Shown here one piece after another: positions 1 to 10,142 of a stretch of 64,000 bases of DNA. Position numbers and translations under genes: made by a program. Below the pieces are notes generated by a model. That model was not told the origin of the DNA. It made no database searches and worked only from the letters and a program-made list of their open reading frames with translations. Within the stretch, counting starts at the first letter, position 1. Every line of letters begins with the position of its first letter. The DNA comes from Dehalococcoidia bacterium (GTDB lineage: Bacteria; Chloroflexota; Dehalococcoidia; Plut-88900), in assembly GCA_965249275.1 (NCBI GenBank), contig CBDFLQ010000006.1, positions 544,001-608,000 on the forward strand, given 5' to 3'.

Positions 1-796
1 AGAGGCTGGTCCATTCATCGTCGGTGAAGACGGCTATAGCGCACCAGGAGTCGTTGCCGAGGCAGGGGTAGGCGTTGTGAGGGGCGGCTCTCGGGTCACG
101 GTTGCCGTCACGAATCATTTCGTGATCGTTGAGTACGTAGTCCATCTGCACGGGGGCGATGAGCTGCAGGCCGCACTCCAACTGCGACAGGTCCAAGTGC
201 TGGCCCACGCCTGTCTTTCGTCGGTGGTCCAGTGCGGCTACCAAGGCTGCGGACCCGAAGAAAGGCGATATGAAGTCAGTGTAAGCGCCGTAGGGCGTGG
301 CAGGGTCGCGGTCGGGCCAGCCTGTGAGATGGGCGTAGCCGGAGAGGCTGGCCATCATCATGCCGAAGCCGATGAAGCCGCTATGGGGTCCGCCGTGGCC
401 CTGCTGGCTGGCGCTGTAGTAGATTATGTCGGGCTTGAGCTTGCGGATGGTCTCATAGTCGAGCCCCCACTTGGCCATGGCCCTGGGGCTGAAGGATTCG
501 GCGACGACGTCGGCCCATAGGATCAGCTTCCTGGCTATCTCGACACCTTTTGGCTTGTTGACGTCCAGGCTGACGCCGTATTTGCTGGTGTTGTAGTCGG
601 CCATGAAGGCGCTGTTGTTAACCCCCGCCACCCCATCCTTGAATGGGGGTGTCATGCGCAGGGTATCGAGGTGGGTGTGGGACTCGATGTGGACGACGGT
701 GGCGCCGTGGTCGGCGAGGTTCTTGATGGTAATGGGCCCTACGCCCACCCACGTGAAGTCGGCGACTTTAATCCCTTCGAAAATCTGTTCAGGCAA
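1..796 (-). CDS. CaiB/BaiF family (class III) CoA-transferase, 3'-truncated by window edge
   Basis: Reverse strand reads TTG-PEQIFEGIKVADFTWVGVGP..., a typical family N-terminus, after a GAGGAG RBS; not in ORF track because it runs off the window. Confidence 0.85.
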   Translation of the reverse strand, partial: MPEQIFEGIKVADFTWVGVGPITIKNLADHGATVVHIESHTHLDTLRMTPPFKDGVAGVNNSAFMADYNTSKYGVSLDVNKPKGVEIARKLILWADVVAESFSPRAMAKWGLDYETIRKLKPDIIYYSASQQGHGGPHSGFIGFGMMMASLSGYAHLTGWPDRDPATPYGAYTDFISPFFGSAALVAALDHRRKTGVGQHLDLSQLECGLQLIAPVQMDYVLNDHEMIRDGNRDPRAAPHNAYPCLGNDSWCAIAVFTDDEWTSL

Positions 797-808
797 ACCG
801 TTTGCTCC

Positions 809-2065
809 TCAGATAACTCCGGCGTTCTTAAGGCGGGCCATGTCCTCTGGTTTCAAGCCCAGTTCGCCGGCATAGATATCCTCGTTATGCTCCCCGACGT
901 GGGGGGCGCGGCGGGGCGGGGGGACGGGGTTCTCCGACTGTCGAATAGGCCATCCCGGATAGATGACGGTCTCCCCGATCTCCGGGTCGAAGACCTCTTG
1001 CCAGAAGCTGCGGGCCTCCAGTTGCCGGTTGACCATCTGGGTAGCGGGTGTGCCGATGGGAGCTATCCACACGCGTCGGGCCACGGCGCCTTCGTAGAGC
1101 TCTTCCATGGTGTGAGCTTTGAAGAAGGCACCGATGCTTTTCTCGAGCAATTGGCGGGTATCTGGGTCGGTGGGGACGAAGCCGAGGCTAGCCCAATCGA
1201 AGTCCTTGAGGTCGAGGCCCAGGCCTTCGCTGTTCATCCATTCGGTGAGAATCTGATTGACCCGGACCCCGGGGCCCGAGCCAACGATGAGGAAGTTGAC
1301 GTACCCGTCCTTGCATGGCCACGTGTATCGGACGGGAACGTCCATCGCTTTGCCGTCCCTGACCATTGAGAAGGTCTTGACCGCACCGCCCCTGAGGGTG
1401 TTCATGTGGGACAGGTCCCAGGTTATGGTCACGTTCATCTGCGTCCAGATAATCGATAGCTGCATTGAGGCGTCCACGTGCTGGCCCTTGCCGGTGGTCT
1501 CACGATAGTAGTAGGCGTTCATCGTTCCGACAGCGGCCTGAAGGGCTGCATGGCTCCACGCCTGGGGGTAACTGACCCGCACCGGTGGGCGGTCGTCGTC
1601 GCCACTGATGTACATGATGCCGCCCATAGCCATGCCGATCAGGTCGGTGGCCTTGTACCGGGCGTAGGGGCCGGTTTGCCCGAAGGGAGTGATGGAAGTC
1701 ATGACGAGGCCGGGATTTGACCTATTCAAGTCCCGGTACCCGAGACCCAAATCATCCATATAGCCGGGGGTATAGGACTCGATGACGATGTCGGCCTTTT
1801 CGGCGAGGCGGAGAAAGAGTGCTCGGCCCTCGAGGCTTTCGATGTTGAGGGTGATGCCCCTCTTGTTGGTGTTGAAGGCCCACCAATAGAGGCTTTTGTC
1901 GGGGTCTGGGGTGTTTTGGTAGAAGGGGTCCTGGAGTCGGCCCGGGTCTCCGCCCGGCTCCTCGATCTTGAGAACGTCACAACCGAGGTCGGCGAGGACT
2001 TTTCCACAGAGGAAGCCGTTTTCACGGGTGAGGTCCAGGACTCTGAGGGGACCGAGAAGGTTCAA
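809..2065 (-). CDS. CaiB/BaiF family CoA-transferase
   Basis: LRVLDL, LADLGCDVLKIEEPGGDP, NTNKRGITL, SITPFGQTGPY motifs; start moved to TTG at 2065 after GGGAGA. Confidence 0.9.
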   Translation of the reverse strand: MNLLGPLRVLDLTRENGFLCGKVLADLGCDVLKIEEPGGDPGRLQDPFYQNTPDPDKSLYWWAFNTNKRGITLNIESLEGRALFLRLAEKADIVIESYTPGYMDDLGLGYRDLNRSNPGLVMTSITPFGQTGPYARYKATDLIGMAMGGIMYISGDDDRPPVRVSYPQAWSHAALQAAVGTMNAYYYRETTGKGQHVDASMQLSIIWTQMNVTITWDLSHMNTLRGGAVKTFSMVRDGKAMDVPVRYTWPCKDGYVNFLIVGSGPGVRVNQILTEWMNSEGLGLDLKDFDWASLGFVPTDPDTRQLLEKSIGAFFKAHTMEELYEGAVARRVWIAPIGTPATQMVNRQLEARSFWQEVFDPEIGETVIYPGWPIRQSENPVPPPRRAPHVGEHNEDIYAGELGLKPEDMARLKNAGVI

Positions 2066-2334
2066 GCTGGAAGTCTCCCACGCAGTGATTACGGCAGGGC
2101 TAGTCGTTGATGGGGAAACCCTAAACGCGGGGTGTCGGGTTGTCAACGGCGCGTACCATTTCGCTATCATTGACGTGGAATGCCGAAACGGTCGACAGGA
2201 GACCCACGGCGTCCAGTGAAGTACGAGCACAGTCGTGGAGAACGGCCGCCCCCGATACTACCGTAAATGTATAATCACTCCACCCCCATCCCGCCAGCAC
2301 CAGAAGCCTTTCAGGCAAGGAGGCATACACCGAC

Positions 2335-2751
2335 ATGGACGACGTAAAGCGGATTGCAGCCCTCTACCTCGTACTGACCGCGCTGGCGGTCTTCTTCAAC
2401 CTCATCCTCACCCCCGTCTACCATGATGGCTCCCCAGACTATCCGGTCTGGGAGATCATTAACTACTTCATGGCCGCCGGGACCCTCCTCGCCCTGGCCG
2501 TGAGCTACCTGCGAAGGCGCGCCGCGGGAAACTCGGGCACCAGTACCGCCGAGTCAATATGGGCCAACGTCTTCTGCTACGCGGCCATAGCGCTTGCTAT
2601 GCTTTTCTTCTGGCAGTATCTCTGGCTCCAATTCCCCGACAGCGAGACAGGCGACGCCGTCACATCCCACGTAATCTACTTCCCCCTTGTCGATACTCTC
2701 TTTGTAGTGGTCGCGCTGGATGCGGCGCGCTGGCTGTGGAAGAGGGGGTAG
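2335..2751 (+). CDS. 4-TM membrane protein, unknown function
   Basis: AAGGAGG RBS; four hydrophobic segments. Confidence 0.75.
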   Translation: MDDVKRIAALYLVLTALAVFFNLILTPVYHDGSPDYPVWEIINYFMAAGTLLALAVSYLRRRAAGNSGTSTAESIWANVFCYAAIALAMLFFWQYLWLQFPDSETGDAVTSHVIYFPLVDTLFVVVALDAARWLWKRG

Positions 2752-2849
2752 GGAGCGATACTGTAGTCTCAACGGGATGCAGCGTTCCTTTGGGAGCGCC
2801 ATCTGAATTATGCTAAAGTTTGTCCTCTGGTCACGCGAAGGAGGCAGCA

Positions 2850-3140
2850 ATGACCCAACTAGATGAAGATGTCGCCCAAGTCGAAATAGAGATCGCCACT
2901 TACGAAGAAATGAAAGAGGCGCTTGAGAGGGACCATCTCGGAAAATGGGTCGTCTTTCATAACAGAAAGCTTGTGGAAAGCTACAAGGAATTCCAAGATG
3001 TCGCCACCGACGCCGTAAGGAAGTTTGGGCGCGGGCCATACCTAATCACACAGGTTGGCGAGCCTACCGAAATATCGTTCCCACCTTACATATCTTATAT
3101 GCCTGATAATGCCGACAACCAGCATAAGATTCAGGGATAA
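2850..3140 (+). CDS. DUF5678-like small protein (copy 1)
   Basis: AAGGAGG RBS; LERDHLGKWVVFHNRKLV resembles the DUF5678 core; overlaps protease gene. Confidence 0.7.
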   Translation: MTQLDEDVAQVEIEIATYEEMKEALERDHLGKWVVFHNRKLVESYKEFQDVATDAVRKFGRGPYLITQVGEPTEISFPPYISYMPDNADNQHKIQG

Positions 3141-3566
3141 GCCTGGTTTATCCGGCCGGGACTCTCTGACTCGGTTCGGTCCAACCATGCTGGTTTTGAT
3201 CGGCTTTGACTTGGCATTCAGCCTGAAGGCCCGACTCTACCGAAACTGTCAGATGAGCGGTATCCCGCCTTGGTGGACACGGGTGCATCGGAAAGTTGTA
3301 TTGATGCCGGATTGGCGACCCGCCTAGGTCTACCTGTAGTTGCACGCCAGACGATTGCGGGAGCCCAGGGGTCGAGTGTCGTAAACCTTCACTTGGCTCA
3401 GATATACATACCGGACTTGAAGTGGACGCTGTACGGGCGATTTGCCGGTATTCAACTCGGTGCCGGAGGGCAACCCCATCTCGCTCTGCTTGGAAGATCG
3501 TTCCTGACCAACTTTACGATGACGTATGAAGGCCGAGCTGGAGCGGTTACTATCAGCAACGATTAG
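3109..3566 (+). pseudogene. Retropepsin-like aspartyl protease with a frameshift near 3210-3250 (copy 1)
   Basis: N-part MPTTSIRF...GPTMLVLIGFD is in one frame; QPEGPTLPKLSDERYPALVDTGASESCID...LLGRSFL is in the -1 frame. Confidence 0.7.
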
Positions 3567-3695
3567 TTGGAAGTTGCAGTTCACAGCGGGCCATTGCTGT
3601 ACATCACAAGTTCCTACGGGCCCCCTCCCCCCATCGTGTATCATATATATCCCGTCTCTCTTGGCGGAAAGCACAGTACCCAGGAGTAGTTCCAA

Positions 3696-5489
3696 TTGCC
3701 TGCCGACATTACAGACCCCAGTGGCATCGAATACGCCTTAGAGTCCAAGAAGGGCCCCTCTGAGGAAAACGACCTCGTCCTCCGCCGCGAGTCCATCCGG
3801 CACTCTGCCTCACACATTATGGCCGAGGCCGTGCGCTCTATCTTCCCCGAGGCCAAGTTTGCAATCGGGCCCCCAACCGAGGATGGCTTCTACTACGACT
3901 TCCAGCTCCCCCGCGCCCTCACTGACGACGACCTACCCATCATCGAGAAGAAGATGGCAGAGACCGTCTTAGCAGATCTCCCATTTCAGCGCACCCAGGT
4001 ATCCCGCCCCGAGGCTGGGGACATGTTCCAAGACCAGCCTTTCAAGCTCGAAATCATCAATGCCATTAAGGACGACACCCTGGGCATCTACACCCACGGC
4101 CCATTCTCCGATCTCTGCAACGGGCCCCACGTCGAGTCCACGGGCGGAGTGCCCGCATTCAAGCTGCTGAGTGTCGCCGGGGCTTATTGGCGCGGCGACG
4201 AGAACCGACCCATGCTACAGCGCATCTATGGCACCGCCTTCGAATCTCAGGACGCCCTGGACCTATACCTGAACAGGCTGGAAGAGGCGGCCAAGCGTGA
4301 CCATCGGAAGCTGGGCCGAGACCTGGGGCTCTTCTCCGTCCACAACGAGCTTGGCGCGGGCCTGATCTGCTGGCATCCGAAAGGGGCCCGGGTGCGGAGC
4401 CTCGTGGAGGACTTCTGGCGTGAGCTTCACCTGGGCTCGGGATACTCGCTGGTCTACTCCCCCCATATCGGCAAGAGCAAGCTGTGGGAGACCAGCGGCC
4501 ACCTGCAGTTCTACAGCGAAAACATGTACGCCCCCGTGGAAATCGATGAGCAGGACTACTACCTGAAGCCGATGAACTGCCCTTTCCACATACTCATGTA
4601 CCGGTCCTCGCTCCGCAGCTACCGGGAGCTGCCCATGCGTCTCGCGGAGCTGGGCACCGTCTACCGATACGAAAGGACGGGTGTCCTCCACGGTCTGCTC
4701 CGCGTCCGAGGCTTCACCCAGGACGACGCCCATATCTTCTGCCGCCCCGACCAGCTGGAAGACGAGGTACGCGGGGTTCTCGACCTCACCTTCCGGCTTC
4801 TCGGCGCATTCGGGTTCAGCGACTACAAGATCTTCCTCTCCGACCGCCCCGAAAAGTATGTCGGTGAGCAATCCGAGTGGGACACTGCCACCTCAGCACT
4901 TCGCAACACCCTCGAGGACATGGGCATCAACTACCAGGTCGACAGCGGAGGCGGGGCATTCTACGGCCCCAAGATCGATGTCAAGATCGAAGACGCCATT
5001 GGTCGAGAGTGGCAATGCACCACCGTCCAGTTCGACTTCAACCTCCCCCGCCGCTTCGAGCTGTCTTATATAGCCGAAGATGGCCGGGAGCACAGGCCCT
5101 ACATGGTCCACCGGGCCATCCTCGGGTCCATGGAGCGCTTCATGGGCATACTCATCGAGCATTACGGCGGAGCGTTCCCCGTGTGGCTGGCGCCGACGCA
5201 GGCCTCGCTGGTCCCGATTACCGATCGCCACGTCGAATACGCCCGAGCCGCCGCCGCCCAATTGACTGCCGCCGGCCTGCGAGTCGAGGTCGATGACCGG
5301 GGCGAACGCATGAACCGCAAGATCCGGGACGCCCAGCTCAACAAGGTGCCCTACATGCTCATCGTCGGCGACAAAGAAGTTACCGCCGAGACCCTATCCG
5401 TCCGCAAACGCAACGGCGAGAACTTGGGCCCCCAGCCACTCACCTCCGTCATTGATATGCTCCAAACCGACATCGCATCCAGGACCTAA
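3696..5489 (+). CDS. thrS: Threonine--tRNA ligase
   Basis: RHSASH, DLCNGPH, AYWRGDE, RDHRKLG, KPMNCP, RVRGFTQDDAH motifs. Confidence 0.98.
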   Translation: MPADITDPSGIEYALESKKGPSEENDLVLRRESIRHSASHIMAEAVRSIFPEAKFAIGPPTEDGFYYDFQLPRALTDDDLPIIEKKMAETVLADLPFQRTQVSRPEAGDMFQDQPFKLEIINAIKDDTLGIYTHGPFSDLCNGPHVESTGGVPAFKLLSVAGAYWRGDENRPMLQRIYGTAFESQDALDLYLNRLEEAAKRDHRKLGRDLGLFSVHNELGAGLICWHPKGARVRSLVEDFWRELHLGSGYSLVYSPHIGKSKLWETSGHLQFYSENMYAPVEIDEQDYYLKPMNCPFHILMYRSSLRSYRELPMRLAELGTVYRYERTGVLHGLLRVRGFTQDDAHIFCRPDQLEDEVRGVLDLTFRLLGAFGFSDYKIFLSDRPEKYVGEQSEWDTATSALRNTLEDMGINYQVDSGGGAFYGPKIDVKIEDAIGREWQCTTVQFDFNLPRRFELSYIAEDGREHRPYMVHRAILGSMERFMGILIEHYGGAFPVWLAPTQASLVPITDRHVEYARAAAAQLTAAGLRVEVDDRGERMNRKIRDAQLNKVPYMLIVGDKEVTAETLSVRKRNGENLGPQPLTSVIDMLQTDIASRT

Positions 5490-5594
5490 TCCTCCCCCGT
5501 CGGGACAATCTCTTGCTGTTGGTTTGGGGTGGGGGTCACTCTCATCCTCCTCACCTTGAAGAGCCCCGTTCTTCGTGCTAAGCTACCGACTCGT

Positions 5595-5671
<77 letters not shown>

Positions 5672-5801
5672 TTTTCTCTCCCCCAACTCTTTCCCCGCCC
5701 TTAATCAAGGGCTTCTATTGGTGCCTCGGCCCATTGGCGAATGTCCCAATTTGCTCGTCTGCTATAATCGGTTCACGGCTGTATTCGACGGGAGTGTGAA
5801 C

Positions 5802-7010
5802 ATGGGAACGGCATTGGACGGCGTTCGGGTTATAGATCTCACCCAGTTCGAGGCTGGCACCACCTGCACCCAGGCCCTCGCCTGGCTTGGCGCCGACGTT
5901 ATAAAGGTCGAGGCACCGGGCCGCGGTGATCCGGGCCGCAAGGTGCGGCAGGACGGCACGGGCTTCGACAGCTACTACTTCATGACCCTCAATGCCAACA
6001 AGAAGAGCATCACCCTCGACCTGAAATCCGAGGAGGGCAAGCTAATCTTCTTCGATCTGGTCAGGAAGGGCGACATCGTCGCCGAGAACATGGGTCCCGG
6101 CACCCTGGAGCGTCTAGGTTTAGGCTACGACGTGCTTTCCAAAATCAACCCCCGCATCATCCTGGCCCGGGTCAAGGGCTTCGGGACCTACGGCCCTTAC
6201 AGCAACTACAAGAGCTTCGACATGATAGCCCTCACCACCGGCGGCGCCGTCGCCATGACCGGCGAGCCGGGCGGGCCACCACTGCTGCCCGGCATTACGG
6301 CAGGCGACATCGGGACGGGATACCATACCGCCCTTGGAATCATGGCCGCGCTGTGGCAGAGGGAGAAAACCGGCAAGGGGCAAGAGGTGGAAGTGTCCAT
6401 GCAGGATGCGGTGGTGAACTTCACCCGAGTCACCATGCACGGCTACTACTACGACAAGAAGTCCCCCGACCGCCGGGGGCGTGCCTCGCCAGGTTCCGCT
6501 CCCGCCGACCTATATAAGTGCAAGCCCGGCGGCAAGGATGACTACGTGTACCTGTTCGTCAACGGCATCGTCGGGTTGAAGGTCTGGGACCAATTCCTTC
6601 GGTTAATCGAGCGCGAAGACTTGATCGGCGACCCCCGCTTCTCCACCAACGACGGCCGTATAACCAACAAGGATGAGCTCGCCTGCATCATAGAGGCTTG
6701 GTCCGCCGACCATGACAAGCATGAGGTGATGAAGCTCATGGGGGAGATCGGCGTCACCGCCGGCGCTCTCCTCAACGCCGTGGACATCCATTCCGACCCC
6801 CACCTCATCGAACGCGATATGATTGTCACTGTCGACCACCCACAGCGCGGCGAATTCACCTTCCCCGGCAACCCCATCAAGCTGTCCGACTCTCCCACCA
6901 ACGTCGAGCCCTCACCTCTGCTCGGGCAGCACACCGAACAGGTGTTGTCCGAAGTCCTGGGATACGACGGGGAGCGCATCGGTAAGCTGCGGGAAGCGGG
7001 CGTGGTTTAA
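5802..7010 (+). CDS. Formyl-CoA transferase-like CaiB/BaiF CoA-transferase
   Basis: VRVIDLTQFEAGTTCTQALAWLGADVIKVE, NANKKSITL, VKGFG motifs. Confidence 0.92.
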   Translation: MGTALDGVRVIDLTQFEAGTTCTQALAWLGADVIKVEAPGRGDPGRKVRQDGTGFDSYYFMTLNANKKSITLDLKSEEGKLIFFDLVRKGDIVAENMGPGTLERLGLGYDVLSKINPRIILARVKGFGTYGPYSNYKSFDMIALTTGGAVAMTGEPGGPPLLPGITAGDIGTGYHTALGIMAALWQREKTGKGQEVEVSMQDAVVNFTRVTMHGYYYDKKSPDRRGRASPGSAPADLYKCKPGGKDDYVYLFVNGIVGLKVWDQFLRLIEREDLIGDPRFSTNDGRITNKDELACIIEAWSADHDKHEVMKLMGEIGVTAGALLNAVDIHSDPHLIERDMIVTVDHPQRGEFTFPGNPIKLSDSPTNVEPSPLLGQHTEQVLSEVLGYDGERIGKLREAGVV

Positions 7011-7060
7011 GGCCCTTGGCTTGGTCTGCGCCCCGTTCTCCGAGCTAAGGTAAACCCGGC

Positions 7061-7669
7061 GTGCCATTTTTCCGACGTAAAAAAGAGCCAAAGGAGCCGA
7101 AGTCCCTCCAGCAGCTCATTGAAGAGAGGGAGACCCGAGAGGGCAAGACCCGGCCTCTTCCCTTTGTGCCTCTTTATATCATCGGCGGGTTAACTGTATT
7201 CATCATTTTTATCTCCTCGTGCGGGTTGGCGGTCTTCTTCTTCGTCGGCCCCGATCTCGGGGAAGAGGAGCCTCTCCCCACCGCCGTGGCCGTCATCCCG
7301 GAGGAATTCCTTATCCGCGGCATCGCTTTTGCCGAAGAGGGACAGTTTGATTTGGCTATCCGGGACTTCACGGAGGCCATACACATGCGGCCCGACTACT
7401 CCTCCGCCTTCTACAACCGGGGCCTTACCTACACCAGGCTGGAACAATATGAGGATGGAATCCGGGACTACACTACTGCCATATCCATCGTCCCGGAGCA
7501 CCAGGGCGCCCATTTCTGGCGTGCCATGTCCTACACGCTGCTCGGTCGGGATTCCGAGGCGGAAGCCGACGTGACCCGCGCCATTGAATTAGGCGTAGAC
7601 GCCGACGAACTCCGAGCCAGAATCGAAGGCGCCAAACTGTCCCGCGACACCGCCACGGCCACCCCCTAA
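7061..7669 (+). CDS. Membrane-anchored TPR protein
   Basis: TM segment followed by TPR repeats (AIRDFTEAI, AFYNRG). Confidence 0.85.
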   Translation: MPFFRRKKEPKEPKSLQQLIEERETREGKTRPLPFVPLYIIGGLTVFIIFISSCGLAVFFFVGPDLGEEEPLPTAVAVIPEEFLIRGIAFAEEGQFDLAIRDFTEAIHMRPDYSSAFYNRGLTYTRLEQYEDGIRDYTTAISIVPEHQGAHFWRAMSYTLLGRDSEAEADVTRAIELGVDADELRARIEGAKLSRDTATATP

Positions 7670-7761
7670 GCCACCCACGCCACGTGGCCCCGAGGCCTCG
7701 CCAGGGACCTAGGACTTGGCCACACACACCTCTTGCAAACCAACTGCCCTGGCCACTAAAT

Positions 7762-8583
7762 CTAACAGTTCCCCTTCCCCCGCCCCACCCACACCCGATA
7801 CACCCTGTTCCTCCCCACCCCGTACTCTCGGGCCACCCTATCGACTGCCTCTCTTCCCGAAGCCCCCTCCGACTCAAGACGCTGGAATGCTGACTTCAAC
7901 TCCGTGTCGCTGACATCGGTGTCCGGTTGGGGTTTGGGCCCTATGACTAGCGTGAATTCGCCGCGGGGGTTGGTGAAGTGCGCCCGTGCCTCGGAGGGAG
8001 AGCCCCGGAACACCTCTTCGTGCAGCTTGGTAAGCTCTCGACACACGGCGATCTCCACATCGGGGGCTACCGCGGCGATGTCATCCAGCGCAGCGTGAAT
8101 TCGGTGAGGAGTCTCGAAGGCGACGGTAGTGCGCCCCTCGTCGATCACCGAGGATAGGAGCTTCCTACGCTCTGAACTCTTCCTCGGTAGAAACCCGACG
8201 AAGGTGAATTGAGAAGTCGGAAGCCCCGAAGCTACCAGAGCCGTGATAACCGCCGTGGCCCCGGGAATCGGCACTACGGGCACGGAGTTCTCTATCGCGG
8301 CTGCTATCAGCTCGTGGCCCGGGTCGTTGATGTTAGGCATCCCCGCGTCGGAGACCAGGGCCAGGTCATCGCTTCTCATGTGCTCCACCAGCCGAGACAG
8401 CTTTGCCTCGCCGCTGTGGTCGTGAAAGCTCGTAATGCGGGTCTTTATCCCGTGTCTTTCGAGAAGCCGTCTCGTCTTTCGGGTGTCCTCCGCGGCGATG
8501 AGCGGGACCTCACGCAGGACGCGCAGGGCCCTCAGCGTGATGTCTTCCATGTTACCTATGGGCGTCGCGACTACGTAGAGCAA
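7762..8583 (-). CDS. rsmI: 16S rRNA C1402 2'-O-methyltransferase
   Basis: LYVVATPIGN.EDIT.RA, AAEDTR, SDAGMPNINDPG, RELTKLHEE. Confidence 0.96.
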   Translation of the reverse strand: MLYVVATPIGNMEDITLRALRVLREVPLIAAEDTRKTRRLLERHGIKTRITSFHDHSGEAKLSRLVEHMRSDDLALVSDAGMPNINDPGHELIAAAIENSVPVVPIPGATAVITALVASGLPTSQFTFVGFLPRKSSERRKLLSSVIDEGRTTVAFETPHRIHAALDDIAAVAPDVEIAVCRELTKLHEEVFRGSPSEARAHFTNPRGEFTLVIGPKPQPDTDVSDTELKSAFQRLESEGASGREAVDRVAREYGVGRNRVYRVWVGRGKGNC

Positions 8584-8720
8584 CCTATCTCAACCTGCTA
8601 GAGCGGACACATCGGAATTCGGACAATAGTAGCATCCTCCTCAGTAGCAGGTCTTTGTAAAGGCTTTCATGGCGCTCATCGATGGCCCGGCTTGCGCGTA
8701 AACACCGCGTTCAATACACT

Positions 8721-8913
8721 ACGCAGTCAACGCGCTATTTTCGTGCGTGAGTCCTTCGTGGCCAGGGAGACGGAAAATTGAACAATCCCGATTCTTACGA
8801 CCCGTCAGCAAGGACTCACAGCGATTTCCTCGAAATAGCCGACGACGGCCTCATGTGTATGACTGCGTGAATGACGACGAGCTCCGCCGGATGCAGGAAT
8901 TCGCTGTGAGCGC
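8721..8913 (+). ncRNA. Candidate structured leader RNA with alternative pairings
   Basis: Nested inverted repeats ACGCAGTCA/TGACTGCGT, GCTATTTTCG/CGAAATAGC, GTGAGTCCTT/AAGGACTCAC, GACGG/CCGTC; competing helix CTCACAGCGATTTCCT/AGGAATTCGCTGTGAG. Confidence 0.45.
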
Positions 8914-8934
8914 CTTATCGGAGTAGGTACAGAC

Positions 8935-9741
8935 ATGACAAGCGACCAAGTTAAGCAACGGATCGAGGTTTCGAAGACGGAGTCGGCGCGGCTTGGGCAA
9001 CGGCTGAGAGGTCTGTCCGCCGAGGACCTAAACCGGCCCAGCGCCTGCGACCGGTGGGCGGTCGGGGACGTTGTGGCCCATCTCGTGTTCGTTGTGCAGT
9101 TCCAGAAAAACATGATTGTGCGCGGGCTGCAGGGGGAAGACAGCACCCCCGAAGGGGCTCGGAGGCCGGGGGCCGCGGACGTGCCCACAGAGGTGCGGAT
9201 AGCCCAAGGCGCCATAAGACTGAGAGAGAAGCTCGGGGAGGGGCTGCTGGACGCTTTTGACGAGAAGTACCGGGAAAGCTTCGAGCTTGTCGACTCCCTA
9301 AGCCCCGACGACTACACCAAGTCCTGCTGGCACCCATGGGGACCCATGAACGTCGCCGACTTCGTGGACCTGGTTGTCAACGAGCTTGCAATTCACGCCT
9401 GGGACGCCCTATCCCCCCTGGACCCCGACTACCACATGTCGCAGGAGTCGCTACCCGCGGCGCTGGCTATCGGAAGCAAGACGATGGCGCGAATGGCCGC
9501 TACAGGACCTGCGCGGTTCAGGTTTGAGCTGTCGGACGGGCATGAGGTGCCGGACCTGGTTGTCGGGGAAGACGCAGCCCCGGAGACTCCAAGCGCAACA
9601 CTTAACTGCGACGGCGAGGCGTTAGTGCTGATTTCCTGCGGCCGGTTGGGCTTGGAGGATGCGATGTCCTCCGGTCGGCTGAGCGTGTCGGGGGACGAGG
9701 GTCTGGCTCGGGGGCTGGGTCGGGGGCTTACGGGGTTGTAG
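8935..9741 (+). CDS. Maleylpyruvate isomerase (MDMPI)/DinB family protein with SCP2-like C-terminus
   Basis: PSACDRWAVGDVVAHL and ELAIHAWD motifs. Confidence 0.85.
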   Translation: MTSDQVKQRIEVSKTESARLGQRLRGLSAEDLNRPSACDRWAVGDVVAHLVFVVQFQKNMIVRGLQGEDSTPEGARRPGAADVPTEVRIAQGAIRLREKLGEGLLDAFDEKYRESFELVDSLSPDDYTKSCWHPWGPMNVADFVDLVVNELAIHAWDALSPLDPDYHMSQESLPAALAIGSKTMARMAATGPARFRFELSDGHEVPDLVVGEDAAPETPSATLNCDGEALVLISCGRLGLEDAMSSGRLSVSGDEGLARGLGRGLTGL

Positions 9742-9746
9742 GGGAC

Positions 9747-10142
9747 CTACGCAAACGGCAGCTGTATTAATTCAAGGCTGGAAATGCCAGAGAAGTCTCT
9801 GTCATGAGAGGCCAAAGGACATTGCAGCAATATTGCAGTTGCTGCTATCCAGGCGTCCGCTACATCTAAGCGGAGTCCGATAGACTCCCTTTCCCTACGC
9901 ACTTGAGCACAGATGTCCACCATTTCGAAGTTGGGCCAAACAATCTCATATTGGTCAATATGCTGCGATAGCTCGTTCTTGCGCCTTGCTCCCCAACCTT
10001 TCTTATAGGCCCCAAACCAGAGTTCCTCTAACGTTTGGAAAGACAAAAATGTGCGTAGGCCACTAATCATCGATAAGTAACGCAGGGCGCGGTAGTCCCC
10101 GCCAAAAATATACGAAACGATATTAGTATCCAGGATTATCAA
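9747..10142 (-). CDS. PIN-domain (VapC-like) nuclease
   Basis: ILDTNIVS, EEL, DAWIAATA, SHDRDF. Confidence 0.93.
   Translation of the reverse strand: MIILDTNIVSYIFGGDYRALRYLSMISGLRTFLSFQTLEELWFGAYKKGWGARRKNELSQHIDQYEIVWPNFEMVDICAQVRRERESIGLRLDVADAWIAATAILLQCPLASHDRDFSGISSLELIQLPFA

Noticed and set aside
3204-3210. CTTTGAC, identical to the RF2 slippery site, inside protease copy 1
   Set aside because: The TGA is out of frame with the N-terminal ORF, and the needed shift is -1, not +1
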